64,000 nucleotides of DNA. Origin: Deltaproteobacteria bacterium (GTDB taxonomy: Bacteria > Desulfobacterota > Desulfobacteria > Desulfobacterales > C00003060). Below are positions 9,529 to 19,252 of the stretch, piece after piece. Where the stretch lies: positions 2,496 through 66,495 of the forward strand of contig QMMN01000009.1 in the NCBI GenBank assembly GCA_003647275.1, in the 5' to 3' direction. Every line of letters begins with the position of its first letter. Positions within the stretch are counted from its first letter, which is position 1. Below the pieces are notes generated by a model. That model worked only from the letters and a program-made list of their open reading frames with translations, had not been told where the DNA came from and made no database searches. A program made the translations under genes and the position numbers.

Positions 9529-9912
9529 ATGACATTGACTCAATATAAAACATGGCGAGAAACGTTCACTGTTCCTGAGGAGGGATACAACAAAATAAAA
9601 CTCTTCTGCCCGATATGTCATAGTCCCTTTGAGGTAAGAGTCTATAGTAAGTCAAAGGCTCGTATTAGAAAGCTTTATTTTGCCTCTTGTTTCCTTGCGA
9701 TCGCTGCGGGTGGGATCGTTTTGGGAGTATTTGCGTGTAGTGAAAAACGTTTTATGGGTTACAGCCTGGCAGTGCCCTTCATGTGTTTCACCGTATGGCA
9801 GTTGTTAAACGTTATTCGGAGAAGGTTTGATCCCAGTGATGTCGTGTCTCATTCACGAGGGAAGGTACACAGGATTTTTGATGAGCACAAAATCATATTT
9901 CCCGATCAATAA
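9529..9912 (+). CDS. Hypothetical membrane protein with CxxC (CPIC) and two TM segments
   Basis: Open frame, gagga RBS before ATG 9529, two hydrophobic stretches. Confidence 0.6.
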   Translation: MTLTQYKTWRETFTVPEEGYNKIKLFCPICHSPFEVRVYSKSKARIRKLYFASCFLAIAAGGIVLGVFACSEKRFMGYSLAVPFMCFTVWQLLNVIRRRFDPSDVVSHSRGKVHRIFDEHKIIFPDQ

Positions 9913-9977
9913 ATGGAAATTAGGGGATATCCATGAAATTTGAACTTTTGTGTAGTATCGTTTGGCCTGCTTCTATT

Positions 9978-10154
9978 TTATCGCGAGGGATCTTCCACAA
10001 AAAGTGCAGCTGGCCCCAGCCTGCTGGCTACAGACTGAACGCTGTCACCGGTTTCGATTGCCGTAGAGCTCGAAACGTTGGTAATCAGAGAGTCGCGGTA
10101 TTTTTCCGAATTCTCCAGATAGGGGTTGGTTTCGATTAATGACTTTTTGGGCAT
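9978..10154 (-). CDS. Small hypothetical protein (58 aa, 'LIETNPYL...NVSSSTAIE'), antitoxin-like
   Basis: aagga upstream of ATG; S-x-A-I-E motif resembles the Fic inhibitory helix (S/T)xxxE(G/N). Confidence 0.5.
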   Translation of the reverse strand: MPKKSLIETNPYLENSEKYRDSLITNVSSSTAIETGDSVQSVASRLGPAALFVEDPSR

Positions 10155-10229
10155 AATACAATAAGATCCTTCTTGGGTGGTAAGCTCTGCTGCGCCAATA
10201 GTACATAGACTTTGGCCAACCGACCTGGG

Positions 10230-10545
10230 CGCAAGCCTTCTAAAATCTATATGGAAAACACGAACCTGTTCAGGGCGGTGGCCGGAGCAATTGGAGGCAA
10301 GGATCAGGCAGGCACTGTTCGAAAGACCTTTTTTGCCCATCAACTGAAGAGCGCGGGCATGAATATCCGCATCCCGAGCCGGGGCGATTTCTTGGTGGAA
10401 GGGAAATATCTGTTTGAAATCAGCGGAAGAACCAAGGGGAAAAGCCAGGTTAAGGATGCTGATAATGCTTTTGTGGTGCGTGATGACGTTTAAGTCGGTT
10501 TTGGTAACATCATTCCCTTGTGGCTGTTCGGGTTCCTGTGTTGGG
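10230..10545 (+). pseudogene. C-terminal fragment of an AAA+ ATPase (AAA_14/DUF4143-type) with internal stop
   Basis: RKPSKIYMENTNL...TFFAHQL...GDFLVEGKYLFEISG..K, then TAA at 10491, then VGFGNIIPLWLFGFL in the same frame; no Walker A region. Confidence 0.75.
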
Positions 10546-10698
10546 GTTTACCCCGTGGCCTTGTCTTCATATAGGGGACGGGATGGGGACATCCATTGGT
10601 AAACCAGTAACTTTTTTTGTGGTTGTGCAGGAGGGGCCTTGGTGATGTTGTTGACTAGGTCGAATGGGTCTGATGTGGAGATTTTCAAGGAAGTGTCC

Positions 10699-10860
10699 AT
10701 GGGTGGTAGATTTGGAAAATATGGCGATGCCAAGCGCAAGGCGCAGATCCGTAAGAATCGTCTCAGGCCACCTGGTCCTCACCAGCGGGGAAGAGACAAA
10801 CCACTAAAAGGATCTCGAAAGAGCAAAGTGCCACGCGGGGGGCAAAGAGGAGCGTCCTGA
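10699..10860 (+). CDS. Small basic protein (53 aa, MGGRFGKYGDAKRK...)
   Basis: aagga RBS, Arg/Lys-rich; N-terminal motif shared with the GNAT at 21252. Confidence 0.55.
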   Translation: MGGRFGKYGDAKRKAQIRKNRLRPPGPHQRGRDKPLKGSRKSKVPRGGQRGAS

Positions 10861-11177
10861 AAAGAGCCAAATATTCATATTTCATGGATGTCCCGGATAT
10901 TTCACTTGTCAGACACCCGTAAAAAACGTGAGTCAGTTAGGCCCAGTCTTTAGACTCTGTCTGACGATGCTATAACAAGGACGAACTTAGCCCGAATTAT
11001 TCATAAACAATTCAGCAAGGGTCACGTCATTCATTGAGCGGATGATCCGCGAGGAAAAGAGTCACCATGCTGCCTTGTCGGACATGAAATTATATTTTTC
11101 CGATCCAGCTGGCTGGTTCTTTGAGCAAGAACACTCTGGACTTGATGGGGCTTGATCCGGGATAGGGGAGCGTCGTG

Positions 11178-12863
11178 ATGACACGGACTGACTTGAACAT
11201 ACTCATTGGCGGTGAAGCAGGACAAGGGCTGATCACCATTGGACAGCTACTGGCCAAAAGTCTTGTAAGGGCCGGCTACTCCATCGTTGTGACACAGAGC
11301 TATCAGTCTCGCATTCGAGGGGGACATAACACCTTTGCTATCCGCGTGGGCCTTGATGAAGTGATCGCTCCACAGGAGTCAGTGGACCTTTTGGTCGCGC
11401 TTGACAGGGCTACGGTCACTTTGCACCGTCAGGACCTCTCACCCAATGGGCTCATCCTGGTCGATGAGTCCGTTGACGTCTCTGATGATGCCTCTCTCAA
11501 GGTTCCCTACAAGCAGTTGGCAAAAGACAAATTCTCAAACATTGCCTCACTGGGTGTGGCAGGTGCGCTCCTCGGCCTTGAGGAGAAATTAGTAGCAAGG
11601 ACACTCCATGATCTCTTTGGAAAGAAGCATCCCCAGGTCATGGAAGAAAACCGACAGGTGCTGGAAGCTGCCTTTCGGTGGTGTTCCGGGCAGCCTGCAT
11701 CGATCCATAAGCTGGCACCCATTGCTAATCCACCACAGCGCTTGATGATGAATGGAAACGAGGCCATTGCCCTTAGTGCCCTTTCTGCTGGCTTGAAGTT
11801 TCTTGCATTCTACCCCATGACGCCTTCTACCTCCATCTGTCTGAACCTGGCAGGCCATGCCGGGCAGATGGGTTTGATTGTGGAACAGGCTGAAGACGAA
11901 ATCGCCGCCATTAACATGGCCATCGGGGCTTCATTTGCCGGTGCGCCGAGCATGGTGGCCACTTCTGGCGGAGGGTTTGCACTGATGGCAGAAGGGGTAA
12001 GCCTGGCGGCTATGACTGAAACCCCTGTGGTCATTGTGGTGTCCCAACGCCCAGGGCCAGCCACCGGACTTCCCACGCGGACCGAACAGGGGGATCTGGA
12101 ATTTGTGCTGCATGCCGGCCACGGTGAGTTTCCCAGGGCAGTGTTTGCCCCCGGAACAGTGGAAGAGTGCTTTCACCTCACCCGGAGGGCCTTTGAACTG
12201 GCAGAGCTATATCAGGGTCCCATGTTTTTATTGACCGATCAGTTTCTTGCCGATTCCTATCGCGCAGTGATGCCCTTTGACGTAGAGAATTTGCCGCCTG
12301 TTAGTGTTAGTACTGAGGCTGTTGGGTCATCACCGTATAAGCGATTTGCTATCACGGAAAATGGCGTTTCACCTCGCCTCCTTCCAGGGATGAGTGAACA
12401 TCTTATTGTGGCTGACAGCGATGAGCATACAGAGGACGGTCACATTACAGAAGATCTTTCCGTGCGCAGGCAGATGGTGGAAAAGAGGTTGAGAAAGGGG
12501 CGGGGGTTTCGGGCGGAAGTCATCCCTCCGGATATGGAAGGCCAAGACAAGTCTGATTTGCTGATGGTCTCCTGGGGGTCGAGTAAGGGGCCGGTGAAGG
12601 AGGCGGCCTCACGATTAAGGTCAGGAGGACAGAGGGTGGCCACCCTCCATTTTAGCCAGGTCTGGCCCTTGATGCCCGAACAGTTCATGGGACATCTTGA
12701 AGCGGCACGGCAGGTGGTCTGCGTTGAGATCAATGCCACCGGGCAACTGGCACGACTCATCCGGCGAGAGACGGGGTTCCAGATCAAGAAAAAGGTGCTT
12801 CAATATGATGGCCTGCCGCTGACACCAGAGTCGATTCTTCGGGGATTAATGACGATTTTGTGA
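11178..12863 (+). CDS. korA: 2-oxoacid:ferredoxin oxidoreductase alpha subunit (gamma-alpha fusion)
   Basis: GGEAGQG, YQSRIRGGHN, YPMTPS, QAEDEIAA, TSGGG, QRPGPATGLPT. Confidence 0.93.
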   Translation: MTRTDLNILIGGEAGQGLITIGQLLAKSLVRAGYSIVVTQSYQSRIRGGHNTFAIRVGLDEVIAPQESVDLLVALDRATVTLHRQDLSPNGLILVDESVDVSDDASLKVPYKQLAKDKFSNIASLGVAGALLGLEEKLVARTLHDLFGKKHPQVMEENRQVLEAAFRWCSGQPASIHKLAPIANPPQRLMMNGNEAIALSALSAGLKFLAFYPMTPSTSICLNLAGHAGQMGLIVEQAEDEIAAINMAIGASFAGAPSMVATSGGGFALMAEGVSLAAMTETPVVIVVSQRPGPATGLPTRTEQGDLEFVLHAGHGEFPRAVFAPGTVEECFHLTRRAFELAELYQGPMFLLTDQFLADSYRAVMPFDVENLPPVSVSTEAVGSSPYKRFAITENGVSPRLLPGMSEHLIVADSDEHTEDGHITEDLSVRRQMVEKRLRKGRGFRAEVIPPDMEGQDKSDLLMVSWGSSKGPVKEAASRLRSGGQRVATLHFSQVWPLMPEQFMGHLEAARQVVCVEINATGQLARLIRRETGFQIKKKVLQYDGLPLTPESILRGLMTIL

Positions 12864-12964
12864 AAAGTCCATTTTGTTCACTTTATGACCATTTTGGGCG
12901 CGCTTGAGATGTTCAGCTAAAATGCTCAAAGTCGTTCACAAAAGACTTTTTACGAGACCGTCAA
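12849..12964. mobile_element. MITE/REP-like element of about 116 bp with imperfect 21-bp terminal inverted repeats
   Basis: atgacgattttgtgaaaagtc ... gactttttacgagaccgtcaa; lies between korA and korB and contains the korA stop codon. Confidence 0.65.
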
Positions 12965-12995
12965 ACTTGTGGTGTGTACCGAAAGCGAGGACAAA

Positions 12996-13847
12996 ATGGT
13001 AACCATTGACGATTACGGACATTATGACACGGCCTGGTGTCCGGGCTGTGGAAACTTCTCTATTTTAAAGGCAGTTAAACAGGCTTTGGTAGCCAGCCAG
13101 CTGGAGCCCCATGAAGTGTTGTTCGTCTCCGGGATCGGCCAGGCCGCCAAGGCACCCCATTATCTGAATGCAAATCGCTTCAATGGCCTTCATGGCCGAT
13201 CGCTTCCCGTGGCCACCGGTGCCAAACTTGCCAACCCGAAGCTCACAGTGATTGTGGAAAGCGGCGACGGATGTAACTACGGAGAAGGGGGCAACCATTT
13301 TCTGGCAGCCCTCCGCCGCAACATCGACGTAACACTTTTGGTTCACAACAACCAGGTGTACGGCCTCACCAAGGGCCAGGCCAGCCCTACCTCTGCCGAG
13401 GGTTTTGTCACCAAGGCCCAGCCAGAAGGCGTGACGTTGAGATCTTTCAATCCAATCGCTGTGGCTGTGGCCATGCAGGCCGGTTTTGTGGCCCGCGGTT
13501 TCTCTGGTATGATCGATCACCTGTCAGGGCTGATTCAGCAGGGAATCGCGCATCGAGGTTTTTCCCTCATTGACGTGTTACAGCCCTGTGTCTCGTTCAA
13601 CAAGGTGAACACCTTTGCCTGGTATAAGGATCGATGTGACCCCTTGCCCCCGGCATACGATCCAACAGACTGGGAGGCTGCCATGAAGGTGGCTCGTCAG
13701 TGGGAAGATAAGATTCCCATAGGTATCATTTACCGGAACGACCTGCTACCCTTTGAAGAGCACTTTCCCGTCTTAAGTCAAGGGCCTTTGGTGGGGCGGA
13801 ATGTAGACCGGGTGAAGCTCAAGAGGATCATGGAAGGATACGGATAG
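12996..13847 (+). CDS. korB: 2-oxoacid:ferredoxin oxidoreductase beta subunit
   Basis: WCPGCGN, SGIG, HGR, TPP motif GDG...NNQVYGLTKGQASPT, QPCVSFN. Confidence 0.93.
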   Translation: MVTIDDYGHYDTAWCPGCGNFSILKAVKQALVASQLEPHEVLFVSGIGQAAKAPHYLNANRFNGLHGRSLPVATGAKLANPKLTVIVESGDGCNYGEGGNHFLAALRRNIDVTLLVHNNQVYGLTKGQASPTSAEGFVTKAQPEGVTLRSFNPIAVAVAMQAGFVARGFSGMIDHLSGLIQQGIAHRGFSLIDVLQPCVSFNKVNTFAWYKDRCDPLPPAYDPTDWEAAMKVARQWEDKIPIGIIYRNDLLPFEEHFPVLSQGPLVGRNVDRVKLKRIMEGYG

Positions 13848-13981
13848 GAGAAGTCCTTCGAACCAAAGACGATTATCTTAAAGGAGGCTCAAGTAAAAAA
13901 GGTGGCAATAACGACCGGCGTTTTACTCATTGCAACTTAGGGGAAAGTGGGGGGCGCTATTCACTAAATTGGATCAGTTCG

Positions 13982-14368
13982 ATGCAAAGGCGGCTTGGCG
14001 GGATTTTGATAGGAACGATCTTGGCCCTTGTCGGGTGGTATGTCTGGTCCTACCTTACTTATATTGGTACGAAGTTCCTCCCAGAGCCACAGACCAAAGC
14101 AGATTATGGTGAATTGCTTCGCACGATTGGCTTTTCGAGTTCTCCAGGCTTGATCCGAGTACTAGGTATCATCCCAGGGCTGGGCCATGTGGTTTTTTTA
14201 GTCGCCTCAATTTGGATGCTGGCGGCAATGATCATTGCGGTTAGACAAGCGCTTGATTATGAGAGCACATTACGGGCTGTGGGGGTTTGCGTGATCGGTT
14301 GGATCATTCAAACATTAATCCTCATGTTACTCTTGTCTATTTTGGGTGGTGCCCCAAGACCAGCCTGA
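13982..14368 (+). pseudogene. YIP1-family membrane protein, apparently lacking its N-terminus
   Basis: 'GTKFLPEPQTKADYGELLRTIGFSSSPG', 'AVRQALDYESTLRAV'; begins mid-TM region with no clear RBS. Confidence 0.55.
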
Positions 14369-14701
14369 TGCTTATTAGGCGGATGTAGACAAAGTCCGAG
14401 AGAAAGATTCTGTCATCGTGACCATCGCGGCTGCAGCAGCCAGGCTCTCTGGTTCAATAGGAACGGAATTGACGTATTTTACCAATGCATACCAATCCTT
14501 AACCTTAATTGAGCGAGAACCATCACCGGGAACGCTTCAGAACTTTTTCTGAGCGATTTTTGACGCCTTTCTTTTTATAACACTTCCACATTCCTTTTCG
14601 CGGGAGAAGGTGTTACCCTTCCCTTCAACCACTTTTTTCGGTTTCTCAGGAACCGCAACATTTGAGAGATTCACGAACATTACTCGTGGGGAGAAAAAGA
14701 C

Positions 14702-17536
14702 ATGAATAAGAAATTAATGATTATAGGGTTCGGGATTATCGCTGTTCTATTGCTTTGGTCAGGGGTTTCAATCTATCCTGACTGGCTGTGGTTCGAAAAT
14801 CTAGGCTTCTCGCCTGTTTTCTGGACCATGCTTTTGAGCAAATTCGGGTTCGGTTTGTTGATTTGGTTGCTTTTGATTCTTATCATATGCTTTAACCTTT
14901 ACGCCGCCAAACGTTTAAACCCAGGCAACGGGCCAGGGGTGGCCTTTAAAGATGAGGAGGGTTATCTTTCCCAACTTGGCCTTTCAGATAGGGCCTTAAA
15001 TTCTCTCCTCATGGCTTTTATTCTGATTCTTAGTTTTATTATTGCGTCCAAGGGCGCCGACCAATGGGATATGCTCCTGCGCTATCTATATCAGCAGCCT
15101 TTTGGCAGCACGGATCCTATTTTTAACAGGGACATCGGTTTTTATCTGTTCTCTCTTCCCTTGTACATTTTCGTCCGAAACGGGTTATTGGTCCTTTTCA
15201 TTTTGGCTGGCCTGGTCACTATGGGTTGGTATCTGAAACAGGGTGCGCTTCAAATAGAGGGTGAATTTAGTCAAGTGGAGGGTGTCCCAACTTCTTTACC
15301 TAAAATTACCATTGCACCAAAAGCCAAGAAGCACCTTATTTTCTTGGGAGGAATCATTGTTCTACTCCTGGCCTGGGGTTATCATCTGAAAATATATGGA
15401 CTTTTATATTCTACACAGGGACCTGCTTTTGGTGCCAGCTATACCGATGTCCACATCAAGGTCCTGGCCTATAAGGTTTTGATCATTATCTCCCTGGGCT
15501 TTGCCTTAGTCCTTTTTCTCAACGCCTTTAAATTCATGACGAAATTAATCTGGTTAAGTGGAGGAGTTTGGATAGGGGCTGTGTTGTTGCTTGCGACCCT
15601 GCTCCCCATCCTGGTACAAAAATTTGTGGTTAAGCCCAATGAACTGATTAGAGAATCACCCTACATTGCTTACAATATTGATTATACCCGTAACGCCTAT
15701 AATCTGAATAGGATAAAACAAGTCAATTTTGAAGTTAGTGACAAATTAAGTGCAGAGGACATCAAGAAGCATGATGTAACGATTCAAAATATCAGGATCT
15801 GGGACGAGCGTCCTTTACTTCAAACCTACAGGCAGATTCAAACCATACGGCTATATTACGATTTTAACGATGTAGACGTAGATCGTTATCTAATCAATAA
15901 TCAATATCGACAAGTCATGTTGGCCGCCCGGGAGTTGGTGGTAAATCAACTTCCTCCCCAGGCAAATACCTGGGTCAATAGACACCTTATCTATACCCAT
16001 GGTTACGGATTGGCCTCAAGCCCGGTCAATGAAGTGACCAGCGAGGGACTGCCCCGCCTCTTGATCAAAGACGTGCCGCCTTCCTTTGTACCTGACCTGA
16101 AGATAGAGCGCCCAGAGATCTATTATGGAGAAAAAACGGATGAGTATGTTCTTATAAAGACGAAGACCAAGGAGTTTGATTACCCCAAGGGGGACAAGAA
16201 TGTCTATACCATCTATCAGGGAAGGGGAGGTGTCCCTATCAAATCTTTTTTCAGAAGGCTTTTATTTGCCGTTGAATTTTTGGATCCACAGATACTATTT
16301 ACCACTTATTTAAGTCCAGAGAGTAGAATAATGTATAACCGCCGGATTGGCAGGCGGGCGGGTTTGATTGCCCCATTTCTCGATTATGACGGTGATCCGT
16401 ACCTGGTTGTCTCCGGAGGAAAGCTCTATTGGATTCAAGACGCCTACACGACCTCTGATATGTATCCCTATTCTAGCCGATCTTATGGCCGTTTTAGAAA
16501 TAAAGGACTAAGCTACATCCGGAATTCAGTCAAGGTAACGATCGATGCCTATAATGGGGATGTGGCTTTCTATATGATTGATGAAAAAGATCCGATTGTT
16601 CAAACCTATTCGAGTATATTCCCTGATTTATTTAAGCCTTTCAATGAAATGCCTGCTGATCTGAAAAAGCACATCCGGTACCCCAAGGACCTCTTTAAAA
16701 TCCAAGTGGATATATACACGAAATATCACATGCAAGATGTCCAGGTCTTCTATAACCAGGAAGACCTCTGGCAAATTCCTGATGAGTTGTATGGTGACAG
16801 CCGACAGGAAATGGAACCTTACTATATCATTATAAAATTGCCCGAAGGGGAAAAGGAGGAGTTTCTTCTGATGCTCCCTTTCACCCCTTCCAAAAAGGAT
16901 AATATGATTGGCTGGCTGGCGGCCAGAAGTGACCTGCCCAACTACAGGAATCTGTTAGTCTACAAATTACCCAAGGAAAAACTGGTCTATGGACCGATGC
17001 AGATTGAAGCCAGGGTGGATCAGCAAACAGATATCTCCCGGGAGTTGAGCTTATGGGGTCAGAGAGGTTCCAGAGTCATCAGGGGCAATCTCCTAGCCAT
17101 TCCCATCAGTGATACATTTATCTATGTGGAGCCGGTTTACTTGGAAGCCAAACAAGAAAAAAGCGAATTGCCCTTAACAGGATCACCTCAGAGAGGAGGT
17201 GTGCAAGTTTCTTCACAACAGGACAAATCAAGGGGCGCCGCCTTACCGGAATTAAAAAGGGTTATTGTCGCTTTTAGCAATCGCGTAGTCATGGAGGAAA
17301 ATCTTGATAAGGCCTTAAGCAGCGTATTGAGTAGGGAAATATCTCCCAAACACTTGGCCCCCCCATCTATCCCTCAAACCCAAAATATTTCTAAACTAGG
17401 CGTGTTGGCTCTGGAACACTATCATAAAGCCAAAGATTACTTGCGCCAGGGGAATTGGGCTGAATACGGGAGGGAACTGGAAAACTTAGAGAAAATCTTA
17501 AAAGAAATATCTAGTATAACGAAGGAAAAGAAATAA
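14702..17536 (+). CDS. UPF0182 family membrane protein
   Basis: DWLWF, DPIFNRDIGFYLFSLP, GASYTDV, NIRIWD, YTHGYG, YIRNSVK, RGNLLAIP, YVEPVY. Confidence 0.93.
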   Translation: MNKKLMIIGFGIIAVLLLWSGVSIYPDWLWFENLGFSPVFWTMLLSKFGFGLLIWLLLILIICFNLYAAKRLNPGNGPGVAFKDEEGYLSQLGLSDRALNSLLMAFILILSFIIASKGADQWDMLLRYLYQQPFGSTDPIFNRDIGFYLFSLPLYIFVRNGLLVLFILAGLVTMGWYLKQGALQIEGEFSQVEGVPTSLPKITIAPKAKKHLIFLGGIIVLLLAWGYHLKIYGLLYSTQGPAFGASYTDVHIKVLAYKVLIIISLGFALVLFLNAFKFMTKLIWLSGGVWIGAVLLLATLLPILVQKFVVKPNELIRESPYIAYNIDYTRNAYNLNRIKQVNFEVSDKLSAEDIKKHDVTIQNIRIWDERPLLQTYRQIQTIRLYYDFNDVDVDRYLINNQYRQVMLAARELVVNQLPPQANTWVNRHLIYTHGYGLASSPVNEVTSEGLPRLLIKDVPPSFVPDLKIERPEIYYGEKTDEYVLIKTKTKEFDYPKGDKNVYTIYQGRGGVPIKSFFRRLLFAVEFLDPQILFTTYLSPESRIMYNRRIGRRAGLIAPFLDYDGDPYLVVSGGKLYWIQDAYTTSDMYPYSSRSYGRFRNKGLSYIRNSVKVTIDAYNGDVAFYMIDEKDPIVQTYSSIFPDLFKPFNEMPADLKKHIRYPKDLFKIQVDIYTKYHMQDVQVFYNQEDLWQIPDELYGDSRQEMEPYYIIIKLPEGEKEEFLLMLPFTPSKKDNMIGWLAARSDLPNYRNLLVYKLPKEKLVYGPMQIEARVDQQTDISRELSLWGQRGSRVIRGNLLAIPISDTFIYVEPVYLEAKQEKSELPLTGSPQRGGVQVSSQQDKSRGAALPELKRVIVAFSNRVVMEENLDKALSSVLSREISPKHLAPPSIPQTQNISKLGVLALEHYHKAKDYLRQGNWAEYGRELENLEKILKEISSITKEKK

Positions 17537-17551
17537 TAAAAGTTTGAGATC

Positions 17552-17626
17552 ATGGGCCTTCGTTTCTGGAGACGAATTAGACTGGCACCAAGGTCACTGC
17601 GGAGAAATATTTCTACGAACTTATGA
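17552..17626 (+). pseudogene. N-terminal relic of a DUF4236-like protein
   Basis: MGLRFWRRIRLAP matches the typical DUF4236 start, then the frame degenerates and stops. Confidence 0.45.
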
Positions 17627-17769
17627 CACTGAAGCAGGATGATGAAATCGCCTGGACTGAGTTTGAGAGGCGTTAGGGGGTAAATTTTCGGTTCCCATTG
17701 ACAGAAATACCCTCCGAGCACTTTCCTCTTGACACCGCGCCTCGGCTCCCCTATGTTTCGCCCTTCGCA

Positions 17770-17844
17770 TTGAAGCGCCCTGCAGGTTCTGCCTGACGGC
17801 AGTGCTTCGCGGGCTGCAGGGAATGCGCTCGCTTTTGCAGTTCA
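17770..17844 (-). repeat. Palindromic repeat family copy A
   Basis: gaagcgccctgcag..ctgcctgacggcag..gctgcagggaatgcgctcgcttttgcagttca. Confidence 0.85.
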
Positions 17845-17909
17845 GGGGACTGGAGCGGCCTTTGGACATAAAGTCCTGTCCAAAGAAAAAACGGGGGTTA
17901 GGCAGAATT

Positions 17910-18524
17910 ATGGGGCTTTTGTCATCTACTGTTTCTATCACGCGGTACAGAGTTGAAGGCAGACTTGAAGAACCGGTTCCTGAAACAATGGCCAAGTGCC
18001 TTAAGAAAAACGCCATCCCAGACATAGATGATGATGTTTCAGACAAAACTGTGGGTTGGACATCATTTGACAAGCCATTTAACCCTGATTTTGAAAGTTC
18101 GTCTTTTCTTATCGGCACCTATTTTGTCTTTTCACTAAGAATAGACAAGAAAACCGTTCCCCCCTCTCTCATAAAGAAACACTGTGCCATGGAAACGGCC
18201 AGGCGGCTTGCTGCGACTGGACGAAAATATTTGTCACGCGACGAAAAAAGGATGATAAAAGAACATGTCACAAGTGTTTTGACATTGCGTATTCCTGCAA
18301 CTCCCAGCGTTTATGATCTGATATGGAATTATGAAGAGTCTGTTTTGTGGTTTTTCTCGACTTTGAAATCAGCCAATGATGAGCTAGAGACATTGTTCTT
18401 CAGGTCGTTTCAGCTTCCCCTTATCAGGCTCTTTCCATACACCACCGCTGATCTGGTAATGGGCCTTTCTGATACACAGCGTGATATCCTGGTCAAGCTT
18501 TCTGCGACAGACTTTACGGAGTAA
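17910..18524 (+). CDS. RdgC-like recombination-associated protein (deltaproteobacterial short form)
   Basis: MGLLSSTVSITRYRV, 'GWTSF', 'SLRIDKKTVP', 'PATPSVYDLIWN'. Confidence 0.7.
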   Translation: MGLLSSTVSITRYRVEGRLEEPVPETMAKCLKKNAIPDIDDDVSDKTVGWTSFDKPFNPDFESSSFLIGTYFVFSLRIDKKTVPPSLIKKHCAMETARRLAATGRKYLSRDEKRMIKEHVTSVLTLRIPATPSVYDLIWNYEESVLWFFSTLKSANDELETLFFRSFQLPLIRLFPYTTADLVMGLSDTQRDILVKLSATDFTE

Positions 18525-18527
18525 CCC

Positions 18528-19052
18528 ATGCTTGATGTTGCCGTTTCTTACAATCGTTATAAGTTTTTGGGGCATGAGTACCTGACGTGGTTATGGTTTG
18601 TTATCGAGAAGGGTCAACATGAGATAAGAAAACTGGAGCAAGAACCCGTATCCCTGCAGATCGGCAATCGTATTGTACTTGTGAACAGGCAAAAGGACAC
18701 GGTGGAAAGCATTACCATAAAGGGTGACGATGCAGGTCTTGAAGAGGGCATTTTGGCGCTGAGGAAAGGGGCCGTCGTGACAGAGCTCAATCTTTCTTAT
18801 AAGATGGGTGATCAGGAATGGCGCTTTACCGTTAAAGCAGAATCCCTGCATATGGTGGGACTTAAGTGCCCCCAGACAGGATCTGTGGAGTCGCAAGAGG
18901 ATATAGAGGGGGCTGTGCTTGAAAAGGTATACCTTTATGATAAGGCCATCCAGTTGACGGACAACCTCTTCAAGCAATTCATCACATTGAGGGTATCAGA
19001 GGACTGGGACAAAAAGGTGGTCCCCCTCATGAGACAATGGATATATTCATGA
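18528..19052 (+). CDS. Conserved hypothetical protein, partner of the RdgC-like gene
   Basis: 'FLGHEYLTWLWF', 'EEGILALRKGAVV'; 3-bp spacing from the upstream gene. Confidence 0.75.
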   Translation: MLDVAVSYNRYKFLGHEYLTWLWFVIEKGQHEIRKLEQEPVSLQIGNRIVLVNRQKDTVESITIKGDDAGLEEGILALRKGAVVTELNLSYKMGDQEWRFTVKAESLHMVGLKCPQTGSVESQEDIEGAVLEKVYLYDKAIQLTDNLFKQFITLRVSEDWDKKVVPLMRQWIYS

Positions 19053-19102
19053 AATAGCCGGACTGCATCCCACCCGCCTTGCCCCCGCACAAATCGGATT
19101 CG

Positions 19103-19153
19103 TGAACTGCGAAAGCGAGCGCATGCTTTGCAGCAAGCTGCAGGGAGCTTCAA
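19103..19153 (+). repeat. Palindromic repeat family copy B (short form)
   Basis: tgaactgcgaaagcgagcgcatgctttgcagcaagctgcagggagcttcaa. Confidence 0.85.
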
Positions 19154-19198
19154 TAATTCGGGTCGGGGGGGTTGCCAGGCGTAAAAGCAAGAAAAAGC

Positions 19199-19231
19199 AA
19201 AGCCGGCTGATGAAAGCCGGCTTTTTGTTTT
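19199..19231. terminator. Bidirectional intrinsic terminator
   Basis: aaagccggct-gatgaa-agccggcttt with A-rich and T-rich flanks between convergent genes. Confidence 0.8.
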
Positions 19232-19252
19232 CGGACTCGCTCCTTTACACAA

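Noticed and set aside
14375-14680. Minus-strand frame with one in-frame TGA (MFVNLS...KKF*SVPG...), possible selenoprotein
   Set aside because: No redox-motif context, no recognisable family or RBS; a single TGA is expected by chance.
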